NCBI GenBank assembly: GCA_963666975.2
Contig: CAXVYR010000003.1
Span: forward strand, 608,001 to 672,000
From: Terriglobia bacterium
GTDB taxonomy: Bacteria; Acidobacteriota; Terriglobia; 2-12-FULL-54-10
Length of the DNA: 64,000 bases
Direction: 5' to 3'
Under the pieces are notes generated by a model. That model was given only the letters and a program-made list of their open reading frames with translations, was not told the origin of the DNA and ran no database searches. Below, piece by piece: positions 22,424-30,363 of this stretch. The position numbers were made by a program, and so were the translations under genes. Numbering within the stretch: the first letter of the stretch is position 1; each line of letters begins with the position of its first letter.

Positions 22424-24487
22424 ATGGAAAACGTAGCCAGCTTTGCGCTGTTATTAGCTTTCGCCCTGGCCGTGTATGCGATTGTGGCGTCGGTCGCCGG
22501 AGCGCTGCAAAAAAATGAGCGGTTACAGTTCTCCTCCTACCGGGCCACAGGAGCCGTCTGGGCCCTGGTGACGGTGGCGATCGGCTGCCTGCTCTACGCC
22601 TTGCTGACGGACGATTTTCGCCTTACCGCCGTATCCAGTCACAGCAACCGGGCGATGCCGTGGTACTACAAGATCACAGCGCTGTGGTCGGGCCAGGGAG
22701 GGTCGCTCCTGTTCTGGAGCTGGCTGCTGGCCAGCTACAGCGCGGTTGCGGTGCGGCTGAACCGGGAGAAGCACCGGGCTATGATGCCCTACGTGGTGGC
22801 GACGCTGATGGTGGTGCTGGGATTTTTCCTGGTGCTCAACATCTTTGTGGCCCCTCCCTTTGAACTGCTGGCGATGAACCAGGGGGGGCAGATGGTTGTC
22901 CAGGGTCCGGTGGACGGCAACGGGCTGAACCCGCTGTTGCAGTATCCGGCCATGGCCATTCATCCACCCATGTTGTACCTGGGATTCGTGGGCTTTACAG
23001 TGCCGTTTGCCTTTGCCATGGCTACGCTGATTACCAAGCAGGCGGGAGAGAAGTGGATCGAGACGACAAGACGTTGGACAATGGTCGCGTGGCTGTTCCT
23101 GTCGATGGGGGTCATACTGGGAGCACGGTGGGCCTACGCAGTGCTGGGATGGGGCGGCTACTGGGGATGGGACCCTGTGGAGAACGCCTCCTTGCTGCCC
23201 TGGCTGACCGGCACGGCTTTTTTACACTCCGTGATGATGCAGGAAAAGCGAGGCATGATGAAGGTCTGGAACATGGTGCTGATCTTTTCGACCTTCTTCC
23301 TGTGCATCTTCGGCACCTTCCTGACGCGGAGCGGCGTGGTCTCTTCGGTGCATGCCTTCGCCCAGTCGCCGATCGGGCCTTTCTTTGTAGGGTTTCTGGC
23401 GATAACAATGTTATTCTCCGGCTGGCTGCTGCTCGAACGGCTGGATTACCTGAAAAGCGACCAGCAGTTGGACTCGCTGGTCTCGCGCGAGAGCAGCTTT
23501 CTCTTTAACAATCTTCTTCTGCTGGCTGCTTGTTTCGCGGTGTTGTGGGGAACGCTGTTCCCGGTGATCTCCGAGGCGGTCCAGGGCGTGAAGATCAGCG
23601 TGGGCGCTCCGTACTTCAATAAAGTAAATATCCCGATCGGGCTGTTCTTGCTCTTTCTGACCGGAGTGGGACCCCTCTTCGCTTGGCGGAAGACCTCAAT
23701 GGGCAGCTTGCAAAAAAACTTCTTGAAGCCGGGAGTGGTTGCCCTTGCTATTGGAGCGGTGTTGTTCGCTTTGGTGGGAGTCCGGGAGTTTTACCCGCTG
23801 GTCTCGTTTATCCTGTGCGCTTTTGTTACGCTGACGATCTGGATGGAGTTTCACCGGGGCGCGCGCGTGATCCGGAAGAAGACGGGCGGGTCCATGCTGG
23901 GTGCTGCCATTACGCTGACACGCCGCAACACCCGGCGCTATGGCGGCTACGTTGTACATTTCGGGATAGTGCTGATCTTTGTGGGAATTACGGGGTCAGC
24001 GTTCAACGACCAGCACGAGCAGGAGATGGTGGTAGGAGACCAGATGCAGTTAGGTCCCTACACCTTACGGATGGCGGAACTCCGCGAGACCGACAATCCA
24101 AACTACAGCTCGCAACTCGCGACGATGGAAATTTATCGGGGCGGGCAATTGGCAGGTGAGTTGCACCCGGAACGCCGGTTTTACAAGGCCAGCCGACAGG
24201 CGACGACCGAGGTGGCGATCCGCCCGCGGCTCAATGAGGATTTGTACATCGTCTTTTCGGGAATGACGGAGCAGAATCGAGCAGTGATCAGCGTCCATCT
24301 CAATCCGCTGGTGAATTGGATATGGATTGGAACACTGGTGCTGGTGCTAGGGACGCTGGTTTGCCTGATCCCGTCGCAGCCCGGCGCTGGAAAAACTCAA
24401 CGGGTTCCTGGAGCCTCCCGGGCCGCAGCAGAAGGGCCTGGAAAAGTGGATGAAGAAGATGAAGTATTGGCCAAACTCACCACATAA
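22424..24487 (+). CDS. ccmF: Cytochrome c heme lyase CcmF
   Basis: GLNPLLQ..M.IHPP, WAY..LGWGGYWGWDPVENAS, SVHAF. Confidence 0.97.
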   Translation: MENVASFALLLAFALAVYAIVASVAGALQKNERLQFSSYRATGAVWALVTVAIGCLLYALLTDDFRLTAVSSHSNRAMPWYYKITALWSGQGGSLLFWSWLLASYSAVAVRLNREKHRAMMPYVVATLMVVLGFFLVLNIFVAPPFELLAMNQGGQMVVQGPVDGNGLNPLLQYPAMAIHPPMLYLGFVGFTVPFAFAMATLITKQAGEKWIETTRRWTMVAWLFLSMGVILGARWAYAVLGWGGYWGWDPVENASLLPWLTGTAFLHSVMMQEKRGMMKVWNMVLIFSTFFLCIFGTFLTRSGVVSSVHAFAQSPIGPFFVGFLAITMLFSGWLLLERLDYLKSDQQLDSLVSRESSFLFNNLLLLAACFAVLWGTLFPVISEAVQGVKISVGAPYFNKVNIPIGLFLLFLTGVGPLFAWRKTSMGSLQKNFLKPGVVALAIGAVLFALVGVREFYPLVSFILCAFVTLTIWMEFHRGARVIRKKTGGSMLGAAITLTRRNTRRYGGYVVHFGIVLIFVGITGSAFNDQHEQEMVVGDQMQLGPYTLRMAELRETDNPNYSSQLATMEIYRGGQLAGELHPERRFYKASRQATTEVAIRPRLNEDLYIVFSGMTEQNRAVISVHLNPLVNWIWIGTLVLVLGTLVCLIPSQPGAGKTQRVPGASRAAAEGPGKVDEEDEVLAKLTT

Positions 24488-24491
24488 ATCA

Positions 24492-25037
24492 GTGGTTAAG
24501 TTTATTCATTTGGCGTTGCTCTACTCGGCTATCCTGGCCAATGTGAGCCAAGCTCAGGTTGCTCCCACCCAGCCTCCCCTCGGCGAAAGGGAAAGCGGAG
24601 TAGCTTTCCGGCGCGTCTCGAACCGTCTGCTCTGCCAGTGCGGCTGCAATTACATGGTGCTGTCCTGCAACCACCTGGATTGCCCCTCGGCCACCTACAT
24701 CCGCAAAACCATCAAAAACTCGTTGGCCGACGGCATGAGCGAAGACGTGATCGTCGCGAATTTTGTGGATCAGTACGGTGTGCAGATTCTCCCGGAACCT
24801 CCTCTCCAGGGCTTCTCGCTCATGGCATGGGTTATGCCTTTCCTGGTGCTGCTACTGGGCGGAGGCGGTGTTTCCTACCTGCTATGGCAGTGGAAATGGA
24901 AGCCTGTATCGGACGCTGAACAAATCCCGGACGCGACAGGAGAATCGGCGGTTTTGCCCGCTATAGGGCAAAAGCCCCGGCCTGAGTTGGTAGAAAAATA
25001 CCGCTCGCAGATAGAAGGAGAACTGGAACAGGAATAA
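24492..25037 (+). CDS. ccmH: Cytochrome c biogenesis protein CcmH/CycL
   Basis: LLCQCGC...CNHLDC, FVDQYG.QIL.EPP, WVMP TM segment; start position uncertain. Confidence 0.85.
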   Translation: MVKFIHLALLYSAILANVSQAQVAPTQPPLGERESGVAFRRVSNRLLCQCGCNYMVLSCNHLDCPSATYIRKTIKNSLADGMSEDVIVANFVDQYGVQILPEPPLQGFSLMAWVMPFLVLLLGGGGVSYLLWQWKWKPVSDAEQIPDATGESAVLPAIGQKPRPELVEKYRSQIEGELEQE

Positions 25038-25178
25038 ACCGGACTCCTCACCAAGCATTGCCCGTGGCGCGACACTTGCTGCAACACCTGGCGCAACAAC
25101 GGTGCGGAAACAAAGGGTGAGAAAACAAATAGTGCGGCAGCAATTGCCATTCGGTTCCGGCTGTGAAATAATAAGCAG

Positions 25179-25538
25179 ATGGAAATGGCGGAGCAAACAA
25201 CAATCGTCAAGATGGAGCCGAAATCGGAAGGGATTGCGACTCCACGGAAAAAGAAGCCGAAGATTCTGGCCCTGATTAATGAGAGTTGCACGGGCTGCGC
25301 GGGCTCGCCGGTATGCGTAGGCTATTGCCCTGTGGCGGATTGCATGTATTGGGTCCCCGACGAGGACCATCCCCCCTTTGGCCGGATTGAGGTGGACCCG
25401 CAACTCTGCATCGGCTGCAAGCTCTGCATTGCCAAGGGTCCGGATGGGACCCTGTTCGACGGCTGCCCGTGGGATGCCATTGATATGGTTCCTACCGATG
25501 AGGTAGAGAAACAACTGGGAGTTGTTTTTTCCTACTGA
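25179..25538 (+). CDS. 4Fe-4S dicluster ferredoxin-like protein
   Basis: CxxCx5Cx3CP and CxxCxxCx12CP. Confidence 0.8.
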   Translation: MEMAEQTTIVKMEPKSEGIATPRKKKPKILALINESCTGCAGSPVCVGYCPVADCMYWVPDEDHPPFGRIEVDPQLCIGCKLCIAKGPDGTLFDGCPWDAIDMVPTDEVEKQLGVVFSY

Positions 25539-25546
25539 ATTCTTTT

Positions 25547-25673
25547 GCCACAGAGACACCGTGACGAACCGATTTTGTTTTAGGTTTTGTCCTTCATTCA
25601 CTACTGATCCGTTCTTATAGTTCCCGCTTCTTGTCCTTCTCCGCTGAACCTCTGTGTCTCTGCGCCTCTGTGA
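25547..25673. repeat. CACAGAG-family inverted repeat pair
   Basis: gccacagagacac (25547) and ctctgtgtctctgcgcctctgtg (25650-25672). Confidence 0.65.
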
Positions 25674-26551
25674 CTGTCTTGTTCTTCTCCGGAAGCCCGG
25701 CGCCTGATCTCCCCGACGGTCAAAACTGCTTGCTGCTGAACGCGCGAGGACATCTCGCCCGCCGCTCCCCGCGCAAAGCGGTCGATCTCGGCAAGGTCCT
25801 CGCTCTGGCCCACCAGATAGAGAGCCCGCAAGGCCTCCCAGGCGTGCTCCTCGCCGGGCGTGAGTAGAAGAATCTCTTCCTCTGCTTCTACCATAGCTCC
25901 TTCCTCAGCGAGTTTACGTTGCAATTTGCCGGGCAAAGGGGAACGAATCTCCAGCGGTTCTTGCTCGCCGACATCTATCCGAGCCATCAGGGTTCCCCGG
26001 TCTACGGAATTGGCTTCTTCCAGACGATAGAGAAGCTTCCCTTCCCGGGGCGCGACCACCGTGTAGGGGCGGATCATGCTTAACAGCTCGGGTCTCGCGC
26101 TTGCGTCTCCAAAGCGCACCAGCGAGAGAGCCGCATTGCGGCGCACCAACGGCTCCGGGTCCTGCAGAAGCGCAAGCAGCGCCTGGTGGAACTCCTCCGA
26201 CTGATTGTCTGCGCCCAGCACCCAGGCCACGTTGACCCGCAGTTCCGGATGGGGACTATCCACCAAACGGAGGACTTGCGGATACCAGCGCTTTACCGTG
26301 GGGTCCGCCTTCGCGATGCGATCGGCAATCTGTGCCAGGGCGTGCTGACTGTGCCGGGGTTCTTTTGCGTCGGCCAGATATTCGCCGATCTGGTCTTCCG
26401 TAAGCTCCCTGCCAAACCAAGTCCCTCGCCAAAACAAGAACGGAACAATCACAAACAGCGCCGTAACGACAGCGAGGATCAGCGTGCCCCGTTTTCGGTG
26501 CGGCTCCGCCAGTGGGGTTTCGGTCGGTGTGGGAGAGTGGGGTGCGGTCAT
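25601..26551 (-). CDS. Membrane-anchored HEAT-repeat protein with an inserted biotinyl/lipoyl-like domain
   Basis: N-terminal TM; LRVNVAWVLG and LVRRNAALSL HEAT repeats; VVAPREGKL...IRSPLPGKL barrel-sandwich pattern. Confidence 0.75.
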   Translation of the reverse strand: MTAPHSPTPTETPLAEPHRKRGTLILAVVTALFVIVPFLFWRGTWFGRELTEDQIGEYLADAKEPRHSQHALAQIADRIAKADPTVKRWYPQVLRLVDSPHPELRVNVAWVLGADNQSEEFHQALLALLQDPEPLVRRNAALSLVRFGDASARPELLSMIRPYTVVAPREGKLLYRLEEANSVDRGTLMARIDVGEQEPLEIRSPLPGKLQRKLAEEGAMVEAEEEILLLTPGEEHAWEALRALYLVGQSEDLAEIDRFARGAAGEMSSRVQQQAVLTVGEIRRRASGEEQDSHRGAETQRFSGEGQEAGTIRTDQ

Positions 26552-26627
26552 AGGGTGAAGTACTATTGTAAATCAACCCTTGCGGAAAACGATGAGGGTA
26601 AGTGCCAGCTTGCGGGAAAAGAAACCT

Positions 26628-26695
26628 GCCACAGAGACACAGAGAAGAGCGCAGAGATGAAGGGATAACCTTTGTGCTCTTTGTGCCTCTGTGGC
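26628..26695. repeat. CACAGAG-family palindromic unit
   Basis: gccacagagacacagag...ctttgtgcctctgtggc hairpin in the intergenic space. Confidence 0.8.
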
Positions 26696-26719
26696 CAAGC
26701 TTCAGATGCCTGTTCTACA

Positions 26720-27238
26720 TTACAGCCGGTAGAGCATCCAGTAAATGATTACTCCCGTCACGGAGACGTAGAGCCAAATGGGAAGCGTCCAGCGCGCAAT
26801 TTTCTTGTGCCGGTCGAACTGCTCGCCCCATGCACGGTAGATGGTAACCAACGCCAAGGGAACAATACACGCGGCCAGGACAATGTGGGAGATCAGCAGA
26901 GTGAAATAGAGTGGGCGAATGAAGCCCGTGCCCTCAAACGCCACCGAGCCGACTTGGTAATGGTAGATCACGTATGAGACCAGAAAGAGAGAGGAGACTC
27001 CCAAGGCCGACAGCATACAGGTCTTGTGAGCCGTCACCTTCTTCAGGCGAATGAACACATAGCCGGTGGTGAGAAGGACCACGCTGGTTGCGTTGAGGAA
27101 AGCGTTGAGAGCGGGTAAGGCCGAAACATCATGGCCGCTCTGCATCGTTGTTTGCCGCCCCAGCAACAAGAATCCCACGCTCAAGACTATCAGAGCCGAG
27201 ACCACACCAATCACCGGGAGAGCCGAACGTTCTCTCAT
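26720..27238 (-). CDS. DUF420 (YozB/CtaM-like) membrane protein
   Basis: LPALNAFLN, HKTCM, FLVSYVIYH, LLISHIVLA, HKKIARWTLPIWLYVSVTG. Confidence 0.9.
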   Translation of the reverse strand: MRERSALPVIGVVSALIVLSVGFLLLGRQTTMQSGHDVSALPALNAFLNATSVVLLTTGYVFIRLKKVTAHKTCMLSALGVSSLFLVSYVIYHYQVGSVAFEGTGFIRPLYFTLLISHIVLAACIVPLALVTIYRAWGEQFDRHKKIARWTLPIWLYVSVTGVIIYWMLYRL

Positions 27239-27245
27239 AAATACT

Positions 27246-27288
27246 TGGCCACAGAGTCACAGAGACACAGAGACACAGAGACACAGAG
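27246..27288 (+). repeat. Tandem (N)CACAGAG octamers x5
   Basis: tggccacagag tcacagag acacagag acacagag acacagag. Confidence 0.9.
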
Positions 27289-27349
27289 AAGATTTCAGAG
27301 AATAAATCTCTTGATGCCGTCCCTCAAGAGTCTCGAATTGAAATTGATT

Positions 27350-28798
27350 GAAGGTGTCCCAAACTCAGTTGCAGGTTGGGACGGCGGGTTGAGTTCATAT
27401 TACGCCACTTTCTCCTTGTGAGAGGAAGCAGCGTTTGGACTTCGGCCGAGAATCGATGCCAAAGCCCAGAGATCGTGATAACCCATGATCTTCCGGAAAT
27501 TCTTCTCGGTCAGCAGAAACGCTCCTGCCACCCAGCGCAACGTCATCTCGCCGTCGCGCCAGCGGCAAACATTGCCAGTCTTTTTCCGCACGCCCGACTG
27601 CGGGCTCTCGATGAGGTTCGTGGTTGCCAGGCAGCGGTGGAGGCTGGGAGGAACGTCGGCTCGATTGATCGTAAAGGTCTCCTCCAACCCTTCGCGCAAG
27701 CTGGCGGCTGCTGCCGGATGATCGCACTCGATCATCCCAGCGAGCTTTTTTATGCGCACGATGCCTTCCTCGGCTTGGGGCAATCGCCAGGCGGCGCGCA
27801 TCAGCGACCGCACCTGATTCGCCAGCATTTTGTCGCCCTTTGGTAACCGCTCAGCCACGTTGCGCAGCTTATGAGTACGGCAACGCTGCACCAGCTGATT
27901 GCTGCCGAATACTTCCTCGATCCCCGCGCGGAGCGCTTTGGCGCCGTCGATCACAAACAGATAGCGCTGATCCGTGCGCAAACCTTGCTGGCGCAGGCGG
28001 GTGAGAAGGTCTTTCACCGCAGCGGCGTTTTCGGTCGCGCCCAGTTGAATCCCCAGCACATGCTTGCGGCCCTCGCTGTCCACGCCCACGGCGCTGATGA
28101 CGTGGTGGGAGCCGAACCGCATTCCGTCCAGGTAAATCACCAGAATCTCGACCTCCTCCCAGCGCCGCGCCAACAGTTCTTCCAGCCGCCGCGCTCCTTG
28201 CTCGGCCGCTTCCCGGCTCACCTGAGACTTCGACACCCCAGCGCTGTTGGCCATCTCCGGGATCACCTCGCGGTAGTTCCGCGTCGAAACCCCTTTCAAC
28301 AGTGCCTCGAACATCTCCTCGCCCGTCTTCTCGCTTTTCCGCAGCGCTTCGTAGGCCGGCACCGCTTCTTCCCCTCCGCCCTTCCGGCGCAGCCGGGGCC
28401 GCTCCACCCGCAGCTGGCGATCGGCCAGTTTCACCCTCCCCAATTGCCGGCCATGCCAGCGCACCTCTCCGCTCGCCTTCCCGGGACTCTTTGGCCCCGC
28501 GATTTGCTCTGCGCTCATGCTCAGAATCGTTTCAATCAAACCTCGCCCGGCCCGATCAATCACCTCATCCAACGCCAGACGCGCCTCCGTGATCAGATCC
28601 ACCACCGGCAACAGCATCTGTCCGTTGGTTTGGCAAAACTTCTGGATGGTTTCTTCGGCTCCCTTGGAACCCAGTTCCAAAACGTGATATTTTCCCTTCA
28701 TTCGGCGGTTCTCCTTCTATAGGATTTAGGCTTGGCCCGATTCTATTCGATTCGGGCCGAACCGCCGTTCAACCTTCAACTATGTATGGGACACCCTC
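27350..28798 (-). mobile_element. IS256-family element copy 2 (1449 bp), TSD AATTGATT/CATTGATT
   Basis: Same TIRs as copy 1; flanks match at 7 of 8 bp. Confidence 0.97.
27400..28701 (-). CDS. IS256 transposase
   Basis: Protein identical to copy 1. Confidence 0.96.
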   Translation of the reverse strand: MKGKYHVLELGSKGAEETIQKFCQTNGQMLLPVVDLITEARLALDEVIDRAGRGLIETILSMSAEQIAGPKSPGKASGEVRWHGRQLGRVKLADRQLRVERPRLRRKGGGEEAVPAYEALRKSEKTGEEMFEALLKGVSTRNYREVIPEMANSAGVSKSQVSREAAEQGARRLEELLARRWEEVEILVIYLDGMRFGSHHVISAVGVDSEGRKHVLGIQLGATENAAAVKDLLTRLRQQGLRTDQRYLFVIDGAKALRAGIEEVFGSNQLVQRCRTHKLRNVAERLPKGDKMLANQVRSLMRAAWRLPQAEEGIVRIKKLAGMIECDHPAAAASLREGLEETFTINRADVPPSLHRCLATTNLIESPQSGVRKKTGNVCRWRDGEMTLRWVAGAFLLTEKNFRKIMGYHDLWALASILGRSPNAASSHKEKVA

Positions 28799-29145
28799 CA
28801 TTGATTAACAGTCCAATTCTCTTCGCCGTGACTCTCAAATAAGTTAAGATTTGAGCCTCAAAGACTGGATCAAACCGCTCGACGCTTTTGATCTCCACGA
28901 CAACGGCTTCTTCCACCAGCAAGTCCAGGCGATATTCTCCGACAGACTTCCCTTTGTAGGTGAGTGGGAAGACGATCTGACGTTGATATTGCAAGCCCGC
29001 TCTTTCCAACTCAACGCATAATGCTGCCTCGTAAGTTGCCTCCAATAGGCCAGGTCCGAGATGACGATGCACTTCGATGGCGCAGCCGATAATTTTCTCC
29101 GTCAGTTTGTCAATCTGATCCACTGTCGGTAACATCCCGGATGGC

Positions 29146-29226
29146 GCTATAGAGACACAGGGGTGCAGAGAATTGCATTCCCTGATTTTATTAGATTTCT
29201 CTGTGTTCTCCGTGTCTCTGTGGCCA
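29146..29226. repeat. CACAGAG-family palindromic unit upstream of GxxExxY
   Basis: gctatagagacacag...gcagagaa pairs with ttctctgtg...gtgtctctgtggcca. Confidence 0.8.
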
Positions 29227-29231
29227 GTCTG

Positions 29232-30044
29232 TCAACCCAGGTTTGCTGCCGTTGGCCTGCCCGCCCAGATCATCGCCGCGACAATCGCCAACACGGCAAA
29301 CACCACGGTGACTTCCAGCGAAAACGCCAGCGGCGGAACGTCAGAAGCTATCGAGGCGGTCTGCCCGTGAAGAGTGCGCCGCAGCGCAGCCACGCCGTAG
29401 GTGAGAGGATTGAGCCGCATGACCCACTGAATCCATGTGGAAGCTCCCGAGGCCGGAAACAGGGCGCCGGAGAGCAGCCACATCGGGATCAGGAAGAGGT
29501 TCACGACTGCATGGAATCCCTGTGCAGAATCCATTCGCCAAGCGATGCAAAAGCCGAGACTCGTCAGGGAAAAAGCAATGAGAAACAAAATCCCTGCCAT
29601 CTGGATCATTTGGAGAGGCTGAAAGGAGAATCCCACTGCCGGAGCAAGCAGAAGAAAAAGGAACCCAGGCAGCAAGGCCTGCGTAGTGCCTCCCAAAACC
29701 TTTCCCAGGACCAGACTGGAGCGCGGGATCGGCGCCACCAGCACCGAAAGCAGAAAACCTTCGCGGCGGTCCTCAATCACAGACATCGTCGCAAAAATCG
29801 AAGTGAACAGCACAACCATAACGACTGTGCCAGGGAAAAAGTATTGCAGATAGTGGCTGCCGGAGGCGGCAGAAGACGGCTGGAAGGAGGTTCCCAAGCC
29901 GGAGCCGATAAAAAGCCAAAAGAGCAGCGGAGCGGCCAGGACACCGACGATCCGGCTTCTTTGCCGCAGGAAACGAATCAACTCACGCCACCAGAGCGTA
30001 AAAATGGGCAGCAGAAAACCGCTGCTGGCAGCCGAATCACTCAA
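29232..30044 (-). CDS. ABC-2 type permease
   Basis: WWRELIRFLRQRSR, DRREGFL..VLVAP, NPLTYGV; TTG start with RBS. Confidence 0.9.
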   Translation of the reverse strand: MSDSAASSGFLLPIFTLWWRELIRFLRQRSRIVGVLAAPLLFWLFIGSGLGTSFQPSSAASGSHYLQYFFPGTVVMVVLFTSIFATMSVIEDRREGFLLSVLVAPIPRSSLVLGKVLGGTTQALLPGFLFLLLAPAVGFSFQPLQMIQMAGILFLIAFSLTSLGFCIAWRMDSAQGFHAVVNLFLIPMWLLSGALFPASGASTWIQWVMRLNPLTYGVAALRRTLHGQTASIASDVPPLAFSLEVTVVFAVLAIVAAMIWAGRPTAANLG

Positions 30045-30268
30045 AGTATTCCTCTCTGCTCCTTTCCCCTTGCGGTGTCGCTCTCCAAGTGTAACACGGC
30101 AAGCGAATTCGGAGGCGGACTTGACCCTGCACAAGGTGTCACATCTCCGGGGGTATATGCGCAGAAGGTGGGTTTGCTTAGTGGTATTTGCCACACCATC
30201 AAACCACTCATCTCAGCCTTTTCTGAGAACCGCCTATTTTATCAATAGGTTGGGCCTGGGTTGATATT

Positions 30269-30359
30269 GGAAACAAAACTGCCCACTCCCTCGGTAGGCA
30301 GGATTCAAGGCCATTACATGGGAGGTTTATATCTATGAGTTCATTTACCGGGAATACAT
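30269..30359 (+). repeat. 91-bp direct repeat, copy A
   Basis: Identical to 31781-31871. Confidence 0.95.
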
Positions 30360-30363
30360 CTGT

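Larger units (their letters stand above)
27295..29135 (-). pseudogene. GxxExxY protein (PD-(D/E)XK nuclease-like), split by IS256 copy 2
   Basis: EVHRHLGPGLLEATY, YRLDLLVE..VVVEIKS, QILTYL...GLLIN; remaining FNSRLLRDGIKRFIL* lies at 27349-27295 beyond the IS. Confidence 0.92.

Noticed and set aside
27246-27288. Tandem octamers as a CRISPR array or iterons
   Set aside because: 8-bp units with no spacers, and no cas or rep gene in the window.
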